The notes: a model not told the origin generated them from the letters alone. 64,000 bases of DNA from Spirochaetia bacterium (GCA_965262935.1 OZ253572.1:6462066-6526065); one strand, 5' to 3'. Positions 29,369 through 42,844 are shown, counted from the stretch's first letter. Numbers and translations are program-made.

Positions 29369-30829
29369 ATGAACGCCTGCTGCCGCCACCGATCGCCGCG
29401 CCGAGGGCGGACCTGCCGGCTGCGGAAAGCCCGCACCGGCGCGCTCTCGGTAGTGCTGCTGCTCCTGCTCGCGATGACGCCGAGCGCCATGGCGCAGGAA
29501 GAGGAGGAGGCGGCGCGCGACGCCGCCGAGGTGTTTGCCGAGGTGCTCCAGTTCCTGCTCGAGAATTACGTGGACGAAACGCGCCTCGACCCGGACACGC
29601 TCCTCGACGGTGCCCTCCACGGCATGTTCGATGCGCTCGACGACCCGCACTCCGCCTATGTCCACCCCTCCGACGTTCGCCACATCACCGATCTGACGCG
29701 CGGCGAATTCGGCGGCGTCGGGATGTACGTCGGCAAGCACACGGACGGCGGCTTCGAAGTGATCGCGCCGCTCGAGGGCAATCCCGCGCATCGGGCCGGG
29801 GTCCGCGCCGGCGACCTGATCGTGGCGGTGAATGGCGATTCGGCCGAGGAGTTCGACTTGTCGGACCTGGTGTCCCGGCTGCGCGGTCCGCCGGGCACCA
29901 CGGTGACCCTGACCCTGAGGCGCGATCAATCGATCAGTTTCGACACCGTGATCGAGCGCGCGATGATCGAAGTGGAAACGGTACGTTACGCCATGATCGG
30001 CGACCAGATCGGCTACCTGCGCATCGTTCAGTTCACGCTGCTCACCCCGGAACGGGTGACGGAGGCGCTGCGCGAACTCGACGCGGCCAGCGGACTGATC
30101 GTGGACCTGCGCAGCAACCCGGGCGGCTTGCTCGGGTCGGTGGTGCAGGTGGCGGACTACTTTCTCTCCAACGGGGTGATCGTTTCCACCCATGCCCGCG
30201 TCGACGCCGAGAACGACGTACACCGCGCCGGCCCGGATGCCACGATCGTGGATGCCTCGGTCCCGATCGTGATACTGATCGACCGCGGCTCGGCGTCGGC
30301 CTCCGAGATCCTGGCGGCGGCGCTCGGCGAGAGCGGGCGCGGCTTTCTGCTCGGCGAGCAGTCCTACGGCAAGGCCTCGGTGCAGCAGGTGCGCCGCTTC
30401 GGCAGCCGCGCCGTCAAATTGACCACCGCCTACTACCTGACGCCGAGCGGCGACAGCATCGAGCAGGTGGGCGTGACCCCGCACCGCGCGTTCGGTCACA
30501 CCGATCGAACGGAACAGGAAGAGGCGCAGATCACCGATCTGTTCGACAGCGGACGCATTCGCCGGTTCGTGCGCGGCAACGGCGAACCGAGCGACGCGCA
30601 GATCGAGGAGTTCATCATCGATCTGCAAGAGTCCGGGGTCGATCTGCCGCGGCCGATGTTGCGCAAGCTGGTGCACGACGAGGTGGTGCGGCGCCTGCCG
30701 GACCGTCCCGTGTACGACCTGCGTTTCGACAGCGTGCTGCGCGAGGCGGTACGGCTGCTCGACCACGATCTGGTGCCCGCCGAAGACGCCTGGCAGTTGC
30801 GCGAGCCGGCTGCCGCGGCCGGCTTCTGA
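29369..30829 (+). CDS. ctpA: carboxyl-terminal processing protease (S41 family)
   Basis: Signal peptide, PDZ region, DLRSNPGG, LIDRGSASASE, GKASVQ motifs. Confidence 0.85.
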   Translation: MNACCRHRSPRRGRTCRLRKARTGALSVVLLLLLAMTPSAMAQEEEEAARDAAEVFAEVLQFLLENYVDETRLDPDTLLDGALHGMFDALDDPHSAYVHPSDVRHITDLTRGEFGGVGMYVGKHTDGGFEVIAPLEGNPAHRAGVRAGDLIVAVNGDSAEEFDLSDLVSRLRGPPGTTVTLTLRRDQSISFDTVIERAMIEVETVRYAMIGDQIGYLRIVQFTLLTPERVTEALRELDAASGLIVDLRSNPGGLLGSVVQVADYFLSNGVIVSTHARVDAENDVHRAGPDATIVDASVPIVILIDRGSASASEILAAALGESGRGFLLGEQSYGKASVQQVRRFGSRAVKLTTAYYLTPSGDSIEQVGVTPHRAFGHTDRTEQEEAQITDLFDSGRIRRFVRGNGEPSDAQIEEFIIDLQESGVDLPRPMLRKLVHDEVVRRLPDRPVYDLRFDSVLREAVRLLDHDLVPAEDAWQLREPAAAAGF

Positions 30830-30849
30830 GCTGGCGCGCCGCTGACGAG

Positions 30850-31617
30850 ATGCGTCAATTCCTGGTGCCGGCGGTGCCGGCGGTGCCGGCGGTGCCGGCG
30901 GCGCGGCCCGGCGCCGTACTGGAGATCGCCGGATCCGACTACCACTACCTGGTCCGCGTGCTCAGACTCCGGCCCGGCGCCGTGATCCCCGTTGCGGACG
31001 CGGGCGGGCGCCGCGGCCGCGCCACGGTGACGGCCATCGACCACCGGAGCGCGCGCCTGCTTATTGCCGCCGAGCGCGCCGAAACCGCGGCCGGCGCCCT
31101 TACCCTGATCCAGGCGCTGCCCAAGGGGGCGCTGATGGACCGCATCGTACGGCAGGCCACGGAGCTTGGCGCGACCCGCATCGTGCCGGTGGTGGCCGAA
31201 CGGACGCAGGGCCGCGCCGACGATGCGGCGCAGGCGCGGCGGCGGGAGCGCTGGCAGCGCATCGCCCGGCAGGCCGCACAACAGAGCGGCGCCGGCCCGC
31301 CGGTGATCGAGCAGCCGGTGCCGTTGCGCAGCTATCTGGAGGAGCTGCCGGCAGGCGGTCTGAATCTGCTGTTCCACCCCGGTGCGGACCCGCTGCCTGC
31401 CGCCATGGCCCGCGCCGCGCCGCCGTTGGCGCTGCGCTGCGCGGTGGGTCCCGAAGGAGGCTTCTCGCCCGCGGAAGCGGCGCTGTTTGGCGTGCACGGC
31501 TTTCGGGCCGTCGGCCTGCCCACCGGGTTGCTGCGGGTGGATACCGCCGCGGTCGCAGCTCTGGTGACCGGCGCACAGCTCCTGCTGTCGCTGCACGCTG
31601 CGCCAGACCCCCATTGA
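30850..31617 (+). CDS. rsmE: 16S rRNA (uracil1498-N3)-methyltransferase
   Basis: MRQFLV start, HYLVRVLRLRPG, LIQALPKGALMDRIVRQATELG, GPEGGFSPAE. The N-terminus carries a 9-bp x3 repeat (PAVPAVPAV). Confidence 0.85.
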   Translation: MRQFLVPAVPAVPAVPAARPGAVLEIAGSDYHYLVRVLRLRPGAVIPVADAGGRRGRATVTAIDHRSARLLIAAERAETAAGALTLIQALPKGALMDRIVRQATELGATRIVPVVAERTQGRADDAAQARRRERWQRIARQAAQQSGAGPPVIEQPVPLRSYLEELPAGGLNLLFHPGADPLPAAMARAAPPLALRCAVGPEGGFSPAEAALFGVHGFRAVGLPTGLLRVDTAAVAALVTGAQLLLSLHAAPDPH

Positions 31618-31751
31618 CCGGGATTTCGTGACGCCTGGACTCGCGGTTCAGGAAATTCGTTGTTGTTCAGGACAAAAATTGCGCCGTTCGGGCGGTTTGG
31701 CTCCCGTAGCACATTGCCCAACAGGTTGTCCGGCAAATAACGTCGCAGGCG

Positions 31752-32984
<1,233 letters not shown>

Positions 32985-33028
32985 CCTGCACGGACCGGCG
33001 GCATTATACTGGAGGTGGAATTCAATTA

Positions 33029-33408
33029 TGGCAGAATCGGCAAAGATCGAGGGCTACCTGCTCTCGCTCTCCCTTACTTACGAAACCGTGGAGGATGGCA
33101 CCTGGCTGATCAACGACGACGAGAAGGGCCTGGAGAACGTCCTGGTCATTCTCGCGGATCCCGTCGTGATCATCCGGGTCAAGGTCATGAGCATCCCCGG
33201 GCAGCAGCGCGAGTCGTTCTTCGAGCAGCTCCTGCGCCTCAACCAGTCGGACATGATCCATGGCGCCTACGCCCTCGAAGACGACCATGTGATCCTGCTC
33301 AACACGCTGGTGGGAGCAACCCTCGACCTTGAAGAGTTCCAGGCCACCCTGGACGCCATCGGACTCGCCCTGGCCCAGCACTATCAGACGCTGGCCAAGT
33401 ACCGTTAG
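33029..33408 (+). CDS. YbjN-like (putative sensory-transduction/chaperone-like) protein, upstream partner of pspA
   Basis: GGAGGTGG RBS. 126-aa acidic protein. Its position immediately 5' of a PspA/IM30 gene is the conserved arrangement. Confidence 0.55.
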
Positions 33409-33426
33409 AGAAGAGGAGGTCACCGG

Positions 33427-34116
33427 ATGGGACTGTTTGACCGCTTCCGGCGCGTGGTGCAATCCAACATCAACGAGATGATCACCAAGGCCGAGAATCC
33501 CGAAAAGATGCTCAACCAGTTGATCATGGAGATGAACGAGCAGCTCATCGAGTCCAAGAAGAGCGTGGCATCGGCGATCGCCGACGAAAAACGGCTGCAG
33601 CGGCAGCTCATCGAGCAGCGCCGCAACTCCGAGTTGTGGGAGCAGCGCGCCATGGATGCGGTGCGCGCCGGCAAGGATGACCTGGCCAGGCAGGCGCTGG
33701 TCCGCAAGCAGGAACATGCCGAATACGTGGGCAGCTACCAGGAGCAGTACGACGCCCAACACACTTCGGTAGAACAGCTCAAGAACTCGTTGCGGCAACT
33801 GCAGCAGAAGATCGAAGAGGCCAGCCGCAAGAAGAACCTGCTGATTGCGCGCGCCAAGCGGGCGGAGGCGCAGCAGCGCATTCAGGCCACCATCAGCGCG
33901 ACCGGCAACACCTCGGCGTTCGACGCCTTCGACCGCATGGCCACCAAGGTGGAGGAGGCGGAAGCACAGGCGGAGGCCACTGACGAACTGGCCCAGATCG
34001 ACGACGGCGACGCGCGTCTGGACAAGCAGTTCCGCGAACTGGAGTCCGGCGGCGGCGCCGACCAGATGCTCGAGGATCTGAAGTCCAAGATGCGTCAGAT
34101 CGAGGACAAGACCTGA
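33427..34116 (+). CDS. pspA: phage shock protein A / IM30 / Vipp1 family
   Basis: MGLFDRFRRVVQSNINEMITKAENPEKMLNQLIMEM N-terminus and a coiled-coil body, both diagnostic of the PspA family. Confidence 0.9.
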   Translation: MGLFDRFRRVVQSNINEMITKAENPEKMLNQLIMEMNEQLIESKKSVASAIADEKRLQRQLIEQRRNSELWEQRAMDAVRAGKDDLARQALVRKQEHAEYVGSYQEQYDAQHTSVEQLKNSLRQLQQKIEEASRKKNLLIARAKRAEAQQRIQATISATGNTSAFDAFDRMATKVEEAEAQAEATDELAQIDDGDARLDKQFRELESGGGADQMLEDLKSKMRQIEDKT

Positions 34117-34872
34117 GACCGCTGACCCGATAACTGCCGAGCGGCGCGCGGATGAGCGGTTTGGCCGGCGTGCCGCGCGTTGTGCTGGTCACCGACGACC
34201 CCGCCCTCGAGGCGCGGCTGCGGCGTGTGCAGCGCGTTGCGCCCGAACGGAGCCGCCACGGCCGCGGCTTCAGGCTGCTTGTTGCCCGCCGCTTCGACCC
34301 GACTGCCGCCGCCGAACTGTTCGTGGTGCCGCTCGTGGACGTCAACACCATGCTCGCCGCCGACGGCAAGCTGGCGCTGCCGGTGCTCGCCTACGGCCCC
34401 GAGCAGGGACTGGCCCCCGCGTTCGTGCGCGGCTGCATCGACTACCTGCGCGACCCCTGGACCGTTACCGAACTGCAACTGCGCGTGCAACGCTGGCTGG
34501 ACCGGCGCGCGGGCACCGGCGCGGGCGCGGCCATCGGCGGCATCTGGCTGGCAGGTACCACGCTGCACGGACCGTCGGCAACCGTGGCGTTGTCGGTGGC
34601 CGAGGCGCGGTTGCTGGACATGCTGCTGTACAACGCCGGCCGGGTGACCGGACGCGAGGCGCTGTTCTACCGCCTGTGGGGCAGGCTGCCGGACGCGCCG
34701 AGCCGCGTCGTCGACGTGCACGTCGCCGCCCTGCGCCGCAAGTGCCGGATCGCCGGCGGCGATAGCGCCGGCGGCGATGGCGCCGCGGGCGGCGGCTTGA
34801 CCATTACCGCGGTGCGCGGCGAGGGCTACCTGCTGGCCGTGGCGCGACCGTCGGCAAGCGCCGCGGCAACCG

Positions 34873-37158
<2,286 letters not shown>

Positions 37159-37411
37159 TGGTGCCTCGCAGTGCTGGTTCGCTGGTTTTACCCACTAGAA
37201 CATTGCGGTGCGCCCGAGTGCGGCACCGCCCGAGGGCAGCACACTACACCCCGGTGCGCGCGCGGGCAGAAGCGGGTCGGCCCTAAAGTATGGGCATCAT
37301 CATGAGCAGTCAACGAATGACTCCATCTTGAGTTAACCGAATTGACGCGGGGCGCCGGGGCGCCTATCGTGCCGGGCGTGAAGGCTCACGCATCGTGAAG
37401 GCTCACGGGCC

Positions 37412-37909
37412 GTGAAGGCGCGCATGACGCTGCGCTCCAACCCGCGCGCACTGGTGCCGGTGGCCGTGGTGGCGGCCCTGGTAGCGGGCGCGGTGCTGGT
37501 GGCGGCCCTGGTACAGGTGGTCGTGGGTCTGGTCGCCCTGCTGCTGACCGGCTACCTCGCCTACCGCATCGTGCGCTTCATAATCAAGCACTTGGCGAGC
37601 TACGTGGCCGCGGACGACGACGGCGTCACCATCTGCGAGTTCGGCGAGGACACCCACCACCACCCGTGGGGCGAGGTCACCTTCGCCGGCCAGGCGCGCG
37701 CCGCCGACGGCACCGAGTTGCTGTATGTGTACGTGGAGCAGGACGACCGGCTGATGACCGTGTCGCGCGAGTTCGAGAACTTCGCACCGCTGCGCGGCGA
37801 ACTGGCCCGCCGCGTGCCGCCCACCGACCTGGAGCTGGCCGCCGGCGAATCCCTGTCCGACCACCTGCGCGGCCTCCTGCCGGACACTGAAGACTCTGAC
37901 GAAACCTGA
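37412..37909 (+). CDS. hypothetical membrane protein
   Basis: Two N-terminal TM segments and an acidic C-terminus. No domain recognised. Confidence 0.4.
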   Translation: MKARMTLRSNPRALVPVAVVAALVAGAVLVAALVQVVVGLVALLLTGYLAYRIVRFIIKHLASYVAADDDGVTICEFGEDTHHHPWGEVTFAGQARAADGTELLYVYVEQDDRLMTVSREFENFAPLRGELARRVPPTDLELAAGESLSDHLRGLLPDTEDSDET

Positions 37910-38002
37910 TGGTGAGCGCTTGTTGTGTGGTAGTCTCCCACTTTCCCCGAGTCTTACACATTCGCTCGCAGCGGTGCTGGTACCGATTGGAGAAAGTGCT
38001 CA

Positions 38003-39157
38003 ATGATAAAAAGACTGTACGTCGACAATTACAAGTGCCTCGTCAATTTCGACCTGCCGTTACAAGAGTTGTCCCTGCTGCTAGGACCGAGCGGTACTGG
38101 AAAGACCTCTGTGCTCGACATCATTTTCGCCTTGAGAAGGCTTCTCTCTGGGGATGCACGAGTAGCCGATCCTGACATTTTCCCTGACCGAACCCTCACC
38201 TGTTGGCAGAGTCGTGAACTACAGGTCTTCGAGATTCAGGCGTTCTTGCAATCAGAGACATTCACCTATCGACTCGAAGTGGAACATCAGCGGTCCGCGC
38301 ACTTGTCGCGTATCAGCCGCGAAAAGCTGGAGGTGGAGGGGACACCGTTATTCGATTGTGTGCAAGGGGAAGTGCAACTCTTTCGCGACGATCCCAGTGG
38401 TAGGACAACCGAGGGACCAGTCTATAGCACAGACTGGAGGGAGTCGGCTCTGGCCAGAGTCGCTCCGGGGCGCTCCAATGAACGCCTTACCCGCTTCCTT
38501 GAGTATATGGGACGAGTGCTCGTGTGCGGCGTCAATCCTCCTGTTCTGCAGGCGGAATCGACTGAGGAGAACTCGGTGCTGCAACGAGACGCCCGAAACT
38601 TTGCCGATTGGTACCGGCACACGCTGCAGGAACGCCCGGACCTGTATTTCGAACTCAAGAAGACACTGACCGATGTGATCGGCGCCGGATTTGACGGGAT
38701 CCGGCTTGAGAGAGTTGGCACGGAAACCCGCGCATTGATGGTTGCGTTCGCCAATCAAGCAGACACGGATTCCGGCCTAACCTACCCATTGCGTTTTGAC
38801 CGCATTTCGGATGGCCAGCGCGCGCTTATCGTGTTGTACAGCCTCATTCATCTGGCAGGAGGGGGAGGATACACGTTATTCCTTGATGAGCCCGAAAACT
38901 ACGTCGCACTAAGGGAGCTTCAGCCATGGCTTATGAGTCTTGAGAACGCCTGCGGAGACGTCGTATCGCAAGCCGTAGTGAGTTCTCATCATCCCGAATT
39001 AATCGACTATCTGGGATACGAGAGCGGCATTATGTTGCAGCGCGAAACATCCGGAGTTATCACGGTGAGCCGCCCACAGACTAAGTCAGGAGACGGGACG
39101 GAAGATACAATCGGTCTGAAACTCTCCGAATTGGTCGCCAGAGGTTGGGAACAGTGA
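38003..39157 (+). CDS. ABC-type ATPase of the AAA_21/AAA_15 (OLD/AbiLi/RloA-like) class. Putative abortive-infection ATPase.
   Basis: Walker A LLGPSGTGKTSVL. Signature/Walker B region ISDGQRALIVLYSLIHL...YTLFLDEPENYV. H-loop SSHHPEL. Lower GC than flanks. Stop overlaps the next gene start. Confidence 0.8.
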   Translation: MIKRLYVDNYKCLVNFDLPLQELSLLLGPSGTGKTSVLDIIFALRRLLSGDARVADPDIFPDRTLTCWQSRELQVFEIQAFLQSETFTYRLEVEHQRSAHLSRISREKLEVEGTPLFDCVQGEVQLFRDDPSGRTTEGPVYSTDWRESALARVAPGRSNERLTRFLEYMGRVLVCGVNPPVLQAESTEENSVLQRDARNFADWYRHTLQERPDLYFELKKTLTDVIGAGFDGIRLERVGTETRALMVAFANQADTDSGLTYPLRFDRISDGQRALIVLYSLIHLAGGGGYTLFLDEPENYVALRELQPWLMSLENACGDVVSQAVVSSHHPELIDYLGYESGIMLQRETSGVITVSRPQTKSGDGTEDTIGLKLSELVARGWEQ

Positions 39158-39699
39158 GCAGACGGGTCCAGCTCGTCGTATTGTGCGAAGACCAACAGCA
39201 GCGGACGTTCATACTCCAGTTCCTCAAGAAAACAAGAAGGAACGACCCTGTGCTCCGTGTAGAGATGTGTCCCAGAAACTGCGGATCAGCCGAGCAGTAT
39301 GTACGGAAACGCTTCCCGAAAGAAGTTGCCGAACACCACCGGAGACACGTGTCTCAAGCGCTGATCGTAATGCTTGATGGCGACAACTGCGGCGTCGCTG
39401 CACGCATCGCTGAGCTTGAGAAAGCGTGCCGTAAGGCCAAAGTACGCGCCGGACATCCGGAAGAAGGAGTCCTGGTAGTCGTGCCGACATGGCGAATCGA
39501 AACGTGGTTGGCGTATCTCAACGGCGAAACCGTTGACGAGTCGAGGCGGAACTATCCGCACTTACTCCGTCCACGAGATTGCGGCCCCCATGTGACTCAA
39601 CTCGTCGATATGTGTCAGAGACGTCAGTTGCGGGAACCTGCACCGGATTCCCTCGTAGCGGCTTGCACTGAATACCGCCGCTGGATTGCTAACGTTTGA
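39145..39699 (+). CDS. DUF4276/RloB-like small protein, translationally coupled partner of the ATPase
   Basis: TTG/GTG start overlaps the ATPase stop (GTGA). N-terminal VQLVVLCEDQQQRTFILQFL and C-terminal VVVPTWRIETWLAYLNGE resemble the VEG.TE...F and E.W motifs recalled for DUF4276. Confidence 0.55.
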   Translation: MGTVSRRVQLVVLCEDQQQRTFILQFLKKTRRNDPVLRVEMCPRNCGSAEQYVRKRFPKEVAEHHRRHVSQALIVMLDGDNCGVAARIAELEKACRKAKVRAGHPEEGVLVVVPTWRIETWLAYLNGETVDESRRNYPHLLRPRDCGPHVTQLVDMCQRRQLREPAPDSLVAACTEYRRWIANV

Positions 39700-39743
39700 G
39701 GGAATCGGTGTCGGCCGAGCGTCGGATCTTGTCCACGTTCTCG

Positions 39744-40502
39744 CTAGCAACCGCCGCCGCCGCGCTGCCAGGGGGCGGCGCGCAGGATGGGAGCGTAGGC
39801 GTCGTCTTCGAGGCTGATGCGCAGGGCTGAGAGTTCGGCGGCGCTGGGCTCGCGATCCTGGAATTGCAGGCGGCCGACCCGTTCCACCACCGCCACCGGG
39901 GTGCGCTCGTCGCCCTCGCCCATCTCCAGCACCGCGGCGGCGGCGATCGACTGCACGAGGTTGGTCTTTTCCATGGTCAGCTTGCGGCCGTACAGGTCGG
40001 GCGTGCCGGTGTAGTCGCGCAGCGCCTGGAAGCCGCAGTGGGCGATGCCGCGCCCCACCACGCCCCAGTTCAGCGGGATGCCGCCCGAGTCGGCAAGGAT
40101 CACCCCCAAGCGCCGCTCGCCGGCGGTGTGTTCGCGCAGCCGCCGCCACAGGTGGTTGGCGCTGCGCTGCGGGTCGCGCGGCCAGGGCGCCAGTTGGCCG
40201 GCGGCGTTGGACTGGTCGATGCCGGCGTTCACGAACATCCAGTTGCCCTTGATGGTGAGCATGATGTCGTAGCGCGAGGCGTGCGCTTCCAGGTAGTACT
40301 CCGCCTCGCGGCGCACCAGGTCGTGCAGCGCCGCGCGGTCGCCGGCGCGCCCGGTGAGGCGGCCCTCGGCGATGCTGACGATCTTGGTGGCGACCACCAG
40401 CACGCAGCGGTCCGGCAGCGGGGACGGCAGGCTGGCGGCGAGCACCGCCGCCAGGTCGCTGCCGGGACGGATCAGCGGGGTGCGGACGGCGGTAACGGTC
40501 AC
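39744..40502 (-). CDS. CofE-like F420-0:gamma-glutamyl ligase family protein
   Basis: RCVLVVATKIVSIAEGR and MFVNAGIDQSNA match the CofE G-rich/KIVSKAEG and ANAGID(E/Q)SN motifs. ~250 aa. GTG start 16 nt after the upstream gene. Confidence 0.7.
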   Translation of the reverse strand: MTVTAVRTPLIRPGSDLAAVLAASLPSPLPDRCVLVVATKIVSIAEGRLTGRAGDRAALHDLVRREAEYYLEAHASRYDIMLTIKGNWMFVNAGIDQSNAAGQLAPWPRDPQRSANHLWRRLREHTAGERRLGVILADSGGIPLNWGVVGRGIAHCGFQALRDYTGTPDLYGRKLTMEKTNLVQSIAAAAVLEMGEGDERTPVAVVERVGRLQFQDREPSAAELSALRISLEDDAYAPILRAAPWQRGGGGC

Positions 40503-40518
40503 CGCTTGGCCAGCGCCA

Positions 40519-42003
40519 CTACGGCAGGTCGTGCCGGTAGCCGCGGGCGCTGGCCAGGGCGAGTCCGCCGGCGATGCTGCGGTAGAAGTCGAAGCGCTCG
40601 ATGCGGCCCGGAAACAGTTCCTCCAGCCGCGCCTGCACCGGCAGGAGCTGCGACGAGCCGCCGGTGCACACGACGCGATCGACGCGCTCGGCCGCCACCC
40701 GCGTCTTGTCCAGCAGCGTGGTGACCGCGCCGCCGACCGCGTCCACCACCGGCTCCAGAATCTGCTCCAGCCGCGGGCGGTCGAACGGCACCTCCAGATC
40801 GATGTCGGGCAGCGCGATCGCCGTGTGCTCCGTCTCCGACAGGCGCGCCTTGGCGCGTTCGGTGGCATTCAGCAAGGCGTACGCGTAATTGCCGCGCACC
40901 AGCCGCCACAGCCGGGCCAGCTTGCGCTGCTGGTCAGGCCCCGACCTGATGCCGGCGAACAGGGTGTCCATCAGGTCCGGCTGATTCATCATGTACGCCA
41001 TCTGCCAATTGAGCAGGTAGTCGGCGTAGCGGTAGAAGGGAAACACGGTGTCGGCGTGACTGAGGTGCCGCGCGCTCTTGATCGGCGCGCCCTCGCCGAG
41101 CTCCGGGAACACCAGCCGCTTGATGATGAGTTGATCGATCAGGTTGCCGCCGAGCGGCAGGCCCTCGGTGCCGAGCACCCGGAACTGCCCGTCGCGGCTC
41201 TCCAGCAGACACAGGTCCAGGGTTCCGCCGCCGAAGTCGAAGGTCAACAGAAGCTGCGGCTCGTGGCGGCGCACGTCACTGGCCGCCGCCAGCAGGCCGC
41301 GCCGGACGGGCGCGGAGCGCGCCGCCTCGGGCGCCGCCAGGCGCTGGGAATGGAGGTAGCTCAAGCTGGCCGCCACCGGCTCCGGGTAGAACGTGAAGTC
41401 GGTGAAGCCGGCGTGGCGGCACGCTTCTTCCACGCGTGCCATGGCGATCGCGTTGGCATCGTCATCGCCGACGAACCGTACCGGGCGCCCGATGTGCACG
41501 CCGCCGTCCACCGTGCGGCCCGAGGATTCGATGGAGCGGCGAATCTCGGACAGGATCAGGGTGACCAGGGCGACGGTGCGAAACTGCCGGTCGAACACCT
41601 TGAAGCGCTCGTGGGTGCGGATGCCGAGGTAACTCTTGAGGCCGCGGAACAGGCGTCCGGGCAGCTCTGCGTCGTCATCGCCGCGCACCCGCACCGCAAC
41701 CTCGACGGCGTCTCCCTCCGAGTGGCCGGGAGCGCTGCCGCCGTCGCTGGCGGTGACGGTCATGGCGATCGCCCCAATGTCGATCTTGCGCAGCCGTACC
41801 ACACGGCCGGCGTTGTCGCCGAGGTAGCTGGCGATGGCGATGCTGCCCACGGAGTGGTCCATGGTGCGCCGAATGTAGAGTGCGGTCGGCATGACCGTGG
41901 TCGGGATGGCAAGCGGATCGAGCGTGAGATACGTGATCTGGTCACCATCGGCCACGGCGACAGTAGTGTTGGTCGTGCCGAAATCGAGTCCGATGCCGAT
42001 CAT
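40519..42003 (-). CDS. Hsp70-family ATPase, mostly nucleotide-binding domain with no canonical substrate-binding domain (YegD-like)
   Basis: MIGIGLDFGTTNTTVAV (phosphate-1). LLLTFDFGGGTLDLCLL (connect-1/phosphate-2). VVCTGGSSQLLPVQARLEELFPG (adenosine motif). Confidence 0.75.
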   Translation of the reverse strand: MIGIGLDFGTTNTTVAVADGDQITYLTLDPLAIPTTVMPTALYIRRTMDHSVGSIAIASYLGDNAGRVVRLRKIDIGAIAMTVTASDGGSAPGHSEGDAVEVAVRVRGDDDAELPGRLFRGLKSYLGIRTHERFKVFDRQFRTVALVTLILSEIRRSIESSGRTVDGGVHIGRPVRFVGDDDANAIAMARVEEACRHAGFTDFTFYPEPVAASLSYLHSQRLAAPEAARSAPVRRGLLAAASDVRRHEPQLLLTFDFGGGTLDLCLLESRDGQFRVLGTEGLPLGGNLIDQLIIKRLVFPELGEGAPIKSARHLSHADTVFPFYRYADYLLNWQMAYMMNQPDLMDTLFAGIRSGPDQQRKLARLWRLVRGNYAYALLNATERAKARLSETEHTAIALPDIDLEVPFDRPRLEQILEPVVDAVGGAVTTLLDKTRVAAERVDRVVCTGGSSQLLPVQARLEELFPGRIERFDFYRSIAGGLALASARGYRHDLP

Positions 42004-42070
42004 GTTCAATAAAGCGAGCCACAACTTAATCGCCGGGCCGCGCTTGGTGCAAGAGTTTTCTTTGCGGGCT

Positions 42071-42844
42071 ATGATGCCGGCCATGATTCCGCACAGCAGT
42101 GACTGGCAGACGTTGCCGGTGGACGGCGCAGAGATGCGCACCTTCGTCGCGCGCCCGGACGAGGCGCCCGACGCCCCGGGCGTCCTGGTGATCCAGCACG
42201 CCGGCGGCGTGGACCAGTTCGTGCAGGGCATGTCGCGCCGGTTGGCGGCGGCCGGTTTCGTGGCGGCGGCGCCGGAGCTGTACCATCGCCAGGATCCGGC
42301 GCCGGAGGAGCCGCTTGAGCGGATGGCGCTGCTGCGCGACGACGAGATCATCGCCGACTGCAATGCGGTGCTCGACCATCTGGGCGCCGGCGGCGCGGCG
42401 GAGGCGGCGCGGCCGGTCGGGGTGGTGGGATTCTGCATGGGCGGACGGGTGGCGTACCTGTTTGCCGCGGCCAGCGACCGCCTGCGCGCCGCGGTGGCGT
42501 TCTACGGCGGCAACACGCGCGTGCCGTGGGGCGACGGCGCGGCGCCATTCGACCGCCTCGGCGAGATTGCCTGCCCGGTGCTCGGTTTCTTCGGCGGGCG
42601 CGATACCAACCCTTCGCCGGAAGATCGCGACGCCATCGACGCCGAGTTGACCAGCCACGGCGTGCAGCACCGCTTCGTGAGCTTCATGGGCGCCGGCCAC
42701 GGCTACATGGACTTCACCAACAAGACCCGGTACCACACCGTGGCGGCCACCGAGTCGTGGCCGCTGACCGTGCAGTTCCTCGCCCGACACGTCAGTGCCG
42801 ACGAGCACGTCAGTGCGGGCGAGCCGGTCGGCTCCCCGAGCTGA
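42071..42844 (+). CDS. dienelactone hydrolase family protein
   Basis: VLVIQHAGGVDQF...VGFCMGGRVAYL (nucleophile elbow with Cys) ...FYGG, a typical DLH arrangement. Confidence 0.8.
   Translation: MMPAMIPHSSDWQTLPVDGAEMRTFVARPDEAPDAPGVLVIQHAGGVDQFVQGMSRRLAAAGFVAAAPELYHRQDPAPEEPLERMALLRDDEIIADCNAVLDHLGAGGAAEAARPVGVVGFCMGGRVAYLFAAASDRLRAAVAFYGGNTRVPWGDGAAPFDRLGEIACPVLGFFGGRDTNPSPEDRDAIDAELTSHGVQHRFVSFMGAGHGYMDFTNKTRYHTVAATESWPLTVQFLARHVSADEHVSAGEPVGSPS

Noticed and set aside
32985-33030. Sigma-54 (-24/-12) promoter upstream of the ybjN-like/pspA operon
   Set aside because: The best candidate by eye (CTGCACG...GGCAT) has multiple mismatches to TGGCAC-N5-TTGC. It is not called as a feature.
40354-42012. 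552-aa plus-strand ORF (also 42026..43696 minus, 43987..45939 minus, 52930..54339 minus, 54727..56460 minus, 61283..63022 minus, 28421..30766 minus)
   Set aside because: Each is the opposite-strand shadow of a gene with clear family motifs (Hsp70-like, DLH/SDR, ligase, oxidoreductase/GNAT, fucosidase, ABC exporter, CtpA).
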